DNA from: Candidatus Methylomirabilota bacterium
GTDB taxonomy: Bacteria; Methylomirabilota; Methylomirabilia; Rokubacteriales; CSP1-6
Length of the DNA stretch: 27,744 nucleotides
NCBI GenBank assembly: GCA_046726415.1
Contig: JBKPAK010000145.1
Span: 1-27,744, forward strand
Direction of reading: 5' to 3'
Positions 1 through 7,152 of the stretch are shown here, one piece after another. The notes under the pieces are model-generated. The model had not been told where the DNA came from and did no database searches. It saw only the letters and a program-made list of their open reading frames with translations. The position numbers and the translations under genes were made by a program. Numbering within the stretch: the stretch's first letter is position 1; each line of letters starts with the position of its first letter.

Positions 1-413
1 GCCGCCTGGTCCGCCGCGATTGTCTTGAGCGAATCCCGTTCCACGACGAGCACATGTTTGGCCACCGCCCGATAGGTCCACTGGCCAGGCGCGGTCTCGG
101 CGTTGAACTGCTCGTCGGTCAAGCCGATCAGGGAGCCCACGAACCGCGCTCGCTCGACAAACCACTCCGCGACGACCCGTTGCATCGGCGACGCCGTGAT
201 CCGCGATTCGTAGCGCGCTTCGAGCACCTGCCCGGTGTGGATCTTCTCGTGATCGATGTCGTTGGTGATGAGGGTCCAGACGTCCTTTCCCTGCGCACAC
301 GCGTGCGATGACGACATCGGGAGCTCCCGATCCGACGCCTCGAGCAGCGCGTCCATCGTCGCCATCGTCTGCTCCATCAACTCGCGGATCGCCCCGCGCG
401 CGGTCGCTGCCAT
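1..413 (-). CDS. DinB/YfiT-like four-helix-bundle protein (3' end outside window; absent from ORF track)
   Basis: My translation from ATG at 413 (SD AGGAGG at 419-424): MAATARGAIRELMEQ...DHEKIHTGQV...LIGLTDEQFNAETAPGQWTYRAVAKHVLVVE..., open for 137 codons to the window edge. Both DinB signature segments are present (HExxHxxQ and GL(S/T)xEQ..PGxW(S/T)..H..E). Confidence 0.75.
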   Translation of the reverse strand, partial: MAATARGAIRELMEQTMATMDALLEASDRELPMSSSHACAQGKDVWTLITNDIDHEKIHTGQVLEARYESRITASPMQRVVAEWFVERARFVGSLIGLTDEQFNAETAPGQWTYRAVAKHVLVVERDSLKTIAADQA

Positions 414-532
414 ATGCCCCTCCTGTCAGTCCCGCCACGCGGTCGCCGCCACCGCACGAAACAGGTGGGCCGCGGCAGCGCGGGGCGATGTCCTCGCACG
501 TCCGACACGACGATGCAGCGAATCGATCACGC

Positions 533-1789
533 CTACCTCATGTTCCCCGTGTGGCCGAGGGAATAGCGGCCGGGCTGCGGCCATACCGCGAGCCCATGCG
601 GCTCCTTGCCGACCTTGATGCTGCGCACGCGCCCGGTGGCGGTGTCGATAGCATAGACGACGTCGTCGTAGCGACCCGAGAGCCACAGCACAGTCCCGTC
701 CACGCTGACGTTGCCCATGTCCGGGCTCCCGCCGCCGGGAATCGGCCATGTCTTCTCGACCTTGCGGGTCGCGAAGTCGATGACCGAGACGCTCCCCTTG
801 CCGCGCGGCGGCCCGCTCACGTGATGGGATCCGCGGTTGGCGACGTAGAGCTTCGTCCCGTCGCGGCTCGGGTAGAGGCCATGCGCGCCAATACCGGTCG
901 GGATGAAGCCGACCTCGGTGAAGGAATTCCCGTCGATCACGAACACGCCACCGGCTTTCATGTCGGCGACGAAGAACATCCGGCCGTCGGGCGAGACGCG
1001 GATGTCCTGCGGCATGCCGCCCTTGGAGAGCTTCAGGGAGCCCAGCACCGTGCGATTCACGAGGTCGATCTTGGCCAGGCTGCCCTGGAACTCGCAGGTG
1101 AAGATGGCAAAGCGCCCGTCGATGGAGAAATCGGCATGGTTGATTCCGGCGCAGGCCGGCACCGCGAGCGAGCTCTGGAGGCCCATCGTCTGTGGATCTC
1201 GGAAGTCGAGCCGCTTCAGCGCCTCGGCGACCACGATGGCCGAGCGGCCGTCCGGCGTGAAGTACATGTTGTAGGGGTCGTCGACCGCGATGGGCTTCCC
1301 GGGCTTCCCCGTGGTGGGATCGACAGGGGTGAGGCTACCATCGGTCCGCCCCTCGGCATTGTTGGTGACCCACAGCGTCTTGAGATCGTAGGACGGGACG
1401 ACGTGCTGGGGATTCACGCCGACCCGGAAGCGATCGACGACCTTGAACGCTGCCGGATCGATCACGTAGACGTCGTTGGATTGCCGGTTGGGTACATAGA
1501 TACGCGGGAGCGCCGTCGCGGTGGCCGGACTCAGATTGCCGGGATGCGTCTCGCTGTAGAGGTTGCTCGGGTTCACGACCGGCGGCATGCCCGGCAGCAC
1601 CTCGACGGAGGGCGGGGCGGCGCTGAGCGGTGCCGCTCGCGGTGTGGGGGCCGGAGCCTGCTGCGCTCCTGCGCGGCCCCCTCCCCATGAAAGGACCAGC
1701 GCCATGCTCAGAGCGACGCTCACGAGACTGCCGTATCGAGCAGAACTCGGTGACCGCACGGCGTTGCACCCCACGTGTGCCTTCGTCAA
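533..1789 (-). CDS. Exported YVTN/YncE-family beta-propeller protein
   Basis: Repeated YVPN/WVTN/FVAD/YVAN blades with 'spDG' turns. Signal-peptide-like segment (LVSVALSMALVLSW..AGA|QQ) followed by a Pro/Ala linker. The true start may be later (GTG 1723 or ATG 1705). Confidence 0.85.
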   Translation of the reverse strand: MTKAHVGCNAVRSPSSARYGSLVSVALSMALVLSWGGGRAGAQQAPAPTPRAAPLSAAPPSVEVLPGMPPVVNPSNLYSETHPGNLSPATATALPRIYVPNRQSNDVYVIDPAAFKVVDRFRVGVNPQHVVPSYDLKTLWVTNNAEGRTDGSLTPVDPTTGKPGKPIAVDDPYNMYFTPDGRSAIVVAEALKRLDFRDPQTMGLQSSLAVPACAGINHADFSIDGRFAIFTCEFQGSLAKIDLVNRTVLGSLKLSKGGMPQDIRVSPDGRMFFVADMKAGGVFVIDGNSFTEVGFIPTGIGAHGLYPSRDGTKLYVANRGSHHVSGPPRGKGSVSVIDFATRKVEKTWPIPGGGSPDMGNVSVDGTVLWLSGRYDDVVYAIDTATGRVRSIKVGKEPHGLAVWPQPGRYSLGHTGNMR

Positions 1790-1818
1790 GAGTTCACCTC
1801 GATGTATTGTGCAAATTT

Positions 1819-2628
1819 TCAGCGGCGTCCGATCGACGCGCGGACTGCCGCGACCGTCTTCGTGACGACCATCTCCACCCCGAGCTGGCCCAGCTCCGCG
1901 GTGGCCCGGCTCGGATCGCCATCGACGCCATCGCTGCCGTCACGCCCCGCTTCGCGCCGCAGCCTCTCCATCCTCACCAGGCGCGGGTCGACTGCCAGCA
2001 TCAGGGAGGTGTCAGCGAGGCCGGCATGACGGCCGATCTCGTCGGACCGGTAGCCGCGTGTCTCCAGCAGTCGCGGGAAGTCGCCCTCACTCGCCCGGTA
2101 GTATGTCTCGATGGCGTGGACTCTGAATCCCGTGCCGGACCACTCCCGATTCAACCGCGCGGCAACCGCCTTCTGGCGCGGCTGGGTCGAACCATGATCG
2201 CCGAGGAGGACGATGTCCCTGGATCCGTGGAGCCGGAAGCTCCGCGCCGCCGACTCGAGCGTCTTCTCGAAGATCTCGTCCGGCACCGTGATCGTGCCTG
2301 GGAATCGCATGTGCCCAGTGGGGGGACCGATCCCCCCCTCCGGGACATAGGCCACCACGGGCGCCACCAGCGCGTTGCCCAGAGCCCTCGCGATCCTCGC
2401 CGACATGATCTTCACCCGCGCGTTGTGCTTGCCCAGCGCCATGTGTGGCCCGTTCTGCTCGGTCCCGCCGGTGGGCAGAATCATCGTTGTCTTTCCTGAC
2501 TGAATGCGGTCGCGGACCTCCGTCCAGGTCAGATCCTCGAGAAACACGGTGTCGGGAACCTCAGCCAGTCCCCGCGGCGCGCCGATCATGAAGAGGCAGA
2601 CGGCCAGGCCTAACGCGCTCGTTTTCAT
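1819..2628 (-). CDS. Creatininase/MftE-family amidohydrolase-like protein with signal peptide
   Basis: Motifs LEDLTWTEV, LPTGGTEQNGPH, GHMRFPGTI, GDHG and HAGLADTS. Start moved to MKTSALGLAVCLF (ATG 2628, AGGAG SD); the N-terminus looks like a Sec signal. Confidence 0.85.
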   Translation of the reverse strand: MKTSALGLAVCLFMIGAPRGLAEVPDTVFLEDLTWTEVRDRIQSGKTTMILPTGGTEQNGPHMALGKHNARVKIMSARIARALGNALVAPVVAYVPEGGIGPPTGHMRFPGTITVPDEIFEKTLESAARSFRLHGSRDIVLLGDHGSTQPRQKAVAARLNREWSGTGFRVHAIETYYRASEGDFPRLLETRGYRSDEIGRHAGLADTSLMLAVDPRLVRMERLRREAGRDGSDGVDGDPSRATAELGQLGVEMVVTKTVAAVRASIGRR

Positions 2629-2682
2629 GATTCTCCTACCCGAGGGGCAGGGCTGCATGGGTTTCGGACGCGGATGGGTCGC

Positions 2683-2787
2683 CTAGGCGGGGGGTGGGTT
2701 GAGTTCTACCGCGTTGCCGAAGGGATCCTCGCAGAGGATCTGCTGACCACCGGGCTCCTCGACGATCTCGTCCCGAAAGGGTGCCAT
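2683..2787 (-). pseudogene. C-terminal remnant of a VOC/glyoxalase-family protein (34 aa)
   Basis: ATG 2787 with GAGGAG SD gives MAPFRDEIVEEPGGQQILCEDPFGNAVELNPPPA*, matching the VOC C-terminal 'FR..IV.GPGG.QIL.EDP.GN.VEL' pattern. An in-frame stop lies 15 codons upstream. Confidence 0.6.
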
Positions 2788-2910
2788 GAATCTCCTCGAC
2801 GCATGTGCTCGATGTCGAGCCAGGATGTATCATCCCTGCCCGCAGCGCGCAAACCCCAAGCGCAGCGGAGCGCCGCCTCGCGAGGTCGCGGGTCAGTTTG
2901 AAATCGAGGG

Positions 2911-2958
2911 ACGCTGGGGCCGCCAGCGTTGACCCCGTCCACGGAGCGCCACTAGAGT
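2911..2958 (+). promoter_or_regulatory. Sigma70-like promoter of the mntA-hepT operon with an adjacent inverted repeat
   Basis: TTGACC (2929-2934), 18 bp, TAGAGT (2953-2958). Perfect 7-bp inverted repeat ACGCTGG-n5-CCAGCGT (2911-2929) touches the -35. Confidence 0.55.
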
Positions 2959-2964
2959 GAGCGC

Positions 2965-3384
2965 ATGGTGCGGGGCGCGCTGACCGTAAACCGGATTGCC
3001 GACCGACTGGCTGACCTGTCCGTCGAACGCCGCGACCTCGACCTGCTCGTGCTTTTCGGCTCGGCGGCCAGGAGTCGCACACGAGCCGGCAGCGACATCG
3101 ATTTGGCCGTCCAATGCGACGGACCGGCTGACCTCGACTCGCTGTACGCGTGCATCGCCGAGCGGCTCCGCGCCGATCCCATCGACCTGGTCGACCTCCA
3201 CCGAGCGGGACCGCTGCTCGCCTTCCAGGTCGCGCGCTCGGGGCGGCTGCTTTTCGAGCGCCGCCTGGGCGCCTTCCGCGAATTCCAGTCCCTGGCCTCT
3301 CGCCGGTACTGTGACACCGCCAAGCTCCGCCTGGCACAGCGCCGCACCATTCAAGCCTTCCTCGAGCGCCAAGGCCTGGTGTGA
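2965..3384 (+). CDS. mntA: MntA-type minimal nucleotidyltransferase antitoxin (type VII TA)
   Basis: GSx10DxD motif (FGSAARSRTRAGSDID), followed by IDLVDL..A.PLLAFQV..SGRLL. Overlaps the downstream HEPN gene by GTGA. Confidence 0.88.
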   Translation: MVRGALTVNRIADRLADLSVERRDLDLLVLFGSAARSRTRAGSDIDLAVQCDGPADLDSLYACIAERLRADPIDLVDLHRAGPLLAFQVARSGRLLFERRLGAFREFQSLASRRYCDTAKLRLAQRRTIQAFLERQGLV

Positions 3385-3815
3385 GCCCGGTCGACGCCGC
3401 CCTCATCAGGCGCAAGCTCGGGCATATCATCGCCGCCCTGGACGCGCTACGCCCGCTGGCCGAACTCACCCTGGACGAGTATCGGCGGCGGCTCTACGAG
3501 AGAAAGGCTGCTGAACGCCTCCTTCAGGAGGCCATCGAGGCCGCGCTCGACATCAACGCATATGTCATCGCGGAGGCAGGCCGACCCGTCCCCGATGACT
3601 ACTACAGCGGCTTCGTCGAGATGGGCCACCTGGGAGCCCTCGCGCCGGAGTTGGCCCTTCTCCTGGCGCCCTCGGCGGGACTCCGCAACCGGCTAGTCCA
3701 CGCGTACGACACGCTCGACGACGCCAAGATCCTGGCGGCGATTGGCGCCTCGCTCGTCCATTACCCGCGCTATATCCAAGCGATCGAAGCCCACCTCGGA
3801 AAGGCCGGTCTGTGA
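3381..3815 (+). CDS. hepT: HepT/DUF86 HEPN RNase toxin (type VII TA)
   Basis: Intact Rx4HxY motif (RNRLVHAY), plus AAERLLQEAIEAALDI and PDDY. Coupled to the MNT gene. Confidence 0.88.
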   Translation: MSPVDAALIRRKLGHIIAALDALRPLAELTLDEYRRRLYERKAAERLLQEAIEAALDINAYVIAEAGRPVPDDYYSGFVEMGHLGALAPELALLLAPSAGLRNRLVHAYDTLDDAKILAAIGASLVHYPRYIQAIEAHLGKAGL

Positions 3816-3974
3816 GTTGACGATGAGGTCGCACCGAATGACGAACCGCCTGTTGATCCTCGGCGATCGGTCGGACAGTGCGAGAGACCGCCGGAGGCTG
3901 GGATCGCCACGCGCCACCCGCGCGGCACAACTCAGTTCTCAGCGATCCGGAACCCTCGGGGTGCCTGATAACTG

Positions 3975-5009
3975 ATGGACGGCCCGGCGCTTCGCTCGCT
4001 CAGAGTGCGGCTCATGCTCCCGTTTGGCATGGTCCTGAGCGTGGTGACGGCGGGAACGATCGGCTACTACCTGCTCTGGCGGAACGCCGGCGGGACCTGG
4101 TTGGATGCCCTGTTCATGACCGTAACGACCATCACCACCATCGGCTACGGCGAGGTGAAGCCGCTGTCCGCAGCCGGCCGCGTGTTCACCATGATCGTGG
4201 CCTTCATCGGCATCGGCAGTCTGTTCTTCATGTTCGGGGTGGTGATGGAATATCTCGTGGCGAGGCGGATCGCCGATCCCGCGGGGAGGCGACGAATGTC
4301 GCAGAGAATCGAGGCCCTGAACAACCACGTCATCGTGGCCGGCCTCGGCCGCGTGGGCCGGCAGGCGGCAGGGGAACTGGCAGAGGCGAGGACAGCCTTT
4401 ATCGTCATCGACCCCAGCGAGTCGGCCCTGCACCTGGCGGACGAGCGAGGCTATCTCCGGCTGCGCGGCGACGCTACCGAGGATGCCGTCCTGGAGCGGG
4501 CCGGTGTCGGCCGGGCACGGGGGCTCATCGTCACGACGGCGAACGACGCGACGAACATGTACATCGTGCTCTCCGCCCGCGTGCTCAATCCCGATCTGCA
4601 CATCGTGACCCGCGCCGTGGACGAGGCGAGCGTGACCAAACTCATGCGGGCCGGCGCCAACCGCGCCATCAGCCCCTATGCCATCGGCGGCCATCGCCTG
4701 GCCCACCTGATTCTCAGTCCGGCCGTGGTGGACTTCTTCGAGACCGCGCTACGCCGCGGCGCCGAGGCGCTCAACATCGAGGATGTCGCCGTCGATCGCG
4801 ACAGCTCGATCATCGGCAAGAGCTTCGATGACCTCGACATCCGGCAAGCGACGGGGGCGATCGTCCTCGCCGTCCTCCGTGACGGCACTCCGCTCGTGAA
4901 TCCGCCGGGGCATTTCACGCTCCAGCCTGGCGATCAACTCCTCGCGCTCGGAACGCGCGAGCAGCTCGCCGGGCTGGAGCGTCTGATCGCCTCAGGTTCT
5001 CCCCTCTAG
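3975..5009 (+). CDS. Potassium channel, MthK/Kch-type (2TM pore + RCK/TrkA-N + TrkA-C)
   Basis: Selectivity filter TTITTIGYG, Rossmann motif HVIVAGLGRVG, GDAT..VLERAG, C-terminal TrkA-C (GAIVLAVLR...PGDQLLALG). Confidence 0.92.
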   Translation: MDGPALRSLRVRLMLPFGMVLSVVTAGTIGYYLLWRNAGGTWLDALFMTVTTITTIGYGEVKPLSAAGRVFTMIVAFIGIGSLFFMFGVVMEYLVARRIADPAGRRRMSQRIEALNNHVIVAGLGRVGRQAAGELAEARTAFIVIDPSESALHLADERGYLRLRGDATEDAVLERAGVGRARGLIVTTANDATNMYIVLSARVLNPDLHIVTRAVDEASVTKLMRAGANRAISPYAIGGHRLAHLILSPAVVDFFETALRRGAEALNIEDVAVDRDSSIIGKSFDDLDIRQATGAIVLAVLRDGTPLVNPPGHFTLQPGDQLLALGTREQLAGLERLIASGSPL

Positions 5010-5024
5010 GACCCCGGCGCCGCG

Positions 5025-6755
5025 TCACGTCCGCCGTGCCCAGAAGCAGCGGGGGCCCACCCCCTCGAGGTTGAGCAGGACGTACTGGCCACCGAACACG
5101 GTCTCTTCGCGGAGCGGCGGCGGCGGCCCGCACTCCTTTCGAATGAGCAGCATCATCTCCGCGTGGGGGATGAGGGCATACCGCCGTGGATGGGCGGCCA
5201 GGTCGGTGAACGCCCTGATCCCAGCGAGCTCCACGCGTCGGTGCTGCAGATAGAACATCAGCGCCGTGCTCGATTTGAGGTCCACGTACACCACCTCGGC
5301 CCCTTGGGGCAGCGCCGCGGCAAAGCGGGCCGCCGCCTCCCGTGTGGGATGGGCGCGGTTGGCCCGCGGTGTGTGAACGGTAACCTGGAACAGCATCGCG
5401 ACAACGAGGGCCCCGGCCCCCACCACCACGGGTACGGCGTCGGCCCGTTGACGTCTCAGCAACGCGATCACGCCGAGCCCGGCGCTCGTGAAAATCAGGG
5501 CCACCGTCACCCCGAACGCCCGGCTGAATACGGTGATGTGCCTGGCGGACTCAATCGTCACCGGCCAGATGGCCAGCCCGAAGCCGCCGACCACGCCGAC
5601 GATCCCGGCCAGGGCGAGCGGATACAGCATCCATCGTCGCTCCCGGACCGAGCACCCGGACCACGCCCAGCTGACCAGGAGGGCGAGCGCCGGATAGATC
5701 GGCAAGAAATGGACCGCGCGCGGCGACAGGACCATGACGAAGACGACAAGGATGAATCCCGCCCACAGCAGCGGAAGCAGCAGAACTCGGCGCGATAGGC
5801 GCCAGCGGCGGATGAGCACGACCAGCGTGCCCGGCACGAGGACCGTCCAGGGCAGGAAGCCCAGCCCGATGGCCTCCACCGCGAAAAGGCCGTGCTGATC
5901 ACGAGCCACTCGGATCTCGCCGGCGAAGTTCGTCAGAACCGCCCCGAGGTACTCGATGACCCTCGCGTCCGCGCCGGCCGCCACGCCCAGCCAGCTGACG
6001 GGCAGCCCAACGGCCAGTGCCAGGGCGAGTCCGAGGTCAGCCACCGCGCGGCGCGACCAGCCTCCCAGCAAGGCCAGCGCGACGATCAGCGTGCCCAGCG
6101 GGGCCAACCCAATAGGCCCTTTGGTCAGACAGCCGAGCCCGAGAGCGAGCCCGAGCAACACCGCGTGCCGGCGCTTTCGCTCGTCGAGCCAGCGCATCGC
6201 GCTCCACAGTCCCAAGGTCAGCCACAGTACGAGCAGCATTTCCAACCGACCCGTCCGTCCCCATTCCACGAAGGTCGCGCTCGAGGCGAGCACGGCCGCG
6301 GCCCCCAGTCCCGTCGTCCGCGCCCCAAGGCGGGTACCCATGGCGTAGGTCAACGCCACCGTGGCGGCGGCAGCCAGCACCGACGGCAGACGCAGCGTCC
6401 ACTCCGTCACGCCCCCGGGAGAGCACAGGGCAACCAGCCAGTGAAAGAGCGGCGGCTTGTAGGGATACGGGCGCCCACCCATGTGCGGGATCAGCCAATG
6501 CCCAGTCTCCACCATCTCCCGCGCCACGAGCCCGTCGCGCGCCTCGTCCTTCGACCAGACGTACTGTCCTCCGAGATCGGGCAGGAGCGCGAGCGTCGTG
6601 ACGACGAAAATGGCCAGCGGGATGCCGAGCTTGGGGGGGACCGACATGGCCGCCCAGGGGCGCCACCGTCGGGAGGACCCCGGCCCAGCCGTCGTGCTTC
6701 TCGATGCTCCGCCAGGCGCCTCGGGGCCGGGCTGGCGCGGCGTCATTGTTGTCAC
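5025..6755 (-). CDS. ArnT/GT83 (PMT-2) family integral membrane glycosyltransferase
   Basis: DEAR..VAREM..TGHWLIP, KPPLFHWL, LRLPS, LTKGP, FLPW, LPIYPALALL; many TM segments. Start uncertain. Confidence 0.88.
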   Translation of the reverse strand: MTTMTPRQPGPEAPGGASRSTTAGPGSSRRWRPWAAMSVPPKLGIPLAIFVVTTLALLPDLGGQYVWSKDEARDGLVAREMVETGHWLIPHMGGRPYPYKPPLFHWLVALCSPGGVTEWTLRLPSVLAAAATVALTYAMGTRLGARTTGLGAAAVLASSATFVEWGRTGRLEMLLVLWLTLGLWSAMRWLDERKRRHAVLLGLALGLGCLTKGPIGLAPLGTLIVALALLGGWSRRAVADLGLALALAVGLPVSWLGVAAGADARVIEYLGAVLTNFAGEIRVARDQHGLFAVEAIGLGFLPWTVLVPGTLVVLIRRWRLSRRVLLLPLLWAGFILVVFVMVLSPRAVHFLPIYPALALLVSWAWSGCSVRERRWMLYPLALAGIVGVVGGFGLAIWPVTIESARHITVFSRAFGVTVALIFTSAGLGVIALLRRQRADAVPVVVGAGALVVAMLFQVTVHTPRANRAHPTREAAARFAAALPQGAEVVYVDLKSSTALMFYLQHRRVELAGIRAFTDLAAHPRRYALIPHAEMMLLIRKECGPPPPLREETVFGGQYVLLNLEGVGPRCFWARRT

Positions 6756-6797
6756 TGGCGCGGCCTCATTGTTTCCAAAGAATGGACGGCGACCTGC

Positions 6798-7097
6798 TCA
6801 TCGGGGGATCTGCGCCCGACTGTTGCTGAGCGCGCCCCACGTCGCGACAGCAAATGGCATCGCATACGTGAGGGGAATCTTCCAGATCATGGCGGCCATC
6901 CAGGGGCCGCCGACGATCACGTCGCCGTGATTGATGGCGGTCAGCAGGGTGCCCACGATGAGCGCGATGCGGGCTGACCGGGCCAGCATGGGTGCGTGCC
7001 GAACGGCGCAGGCCAGGCACTTGAGGACTGACCCCTGGTCCGTGTGGAGCTCGAACGCCGTGCGCCCGCCCAGCAGGTGGCCACAACCGGCGCACAT
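6798..7097 (-). CDS. NrtS-like small membrane protein with N-terminal CxxC...CxxC module
   Basis: ALIVGTLLTAINHGD...WKIPLTYAMPFAVATWG matches the NrtS-family pattern as I recall it. Preceded by CAGC-x21-CLAC. Confidence 0.65.
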   Translation of the reverse strand: MCAGCGHLLGGRTAFELHTDQGSVLKCLACAVRHAPMLARSARIALIVGTLLTAINHGDVIVGGPWMAAMIWKIPLTYAMPFAVATWGALSNSRAQIPR

Positions 7098-7152
7098 AGC
7101 CTGAGCGCCTGGCTCGCTCCGACCGGCGGTCGGGACTCCGTCAGCCAGCGAC

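Noticed and set aside
2880-3975. Mobile element carrying the TA pair
   Set aside because: No transposase/integrase, terminal repeats or flanking direct repeats seen.
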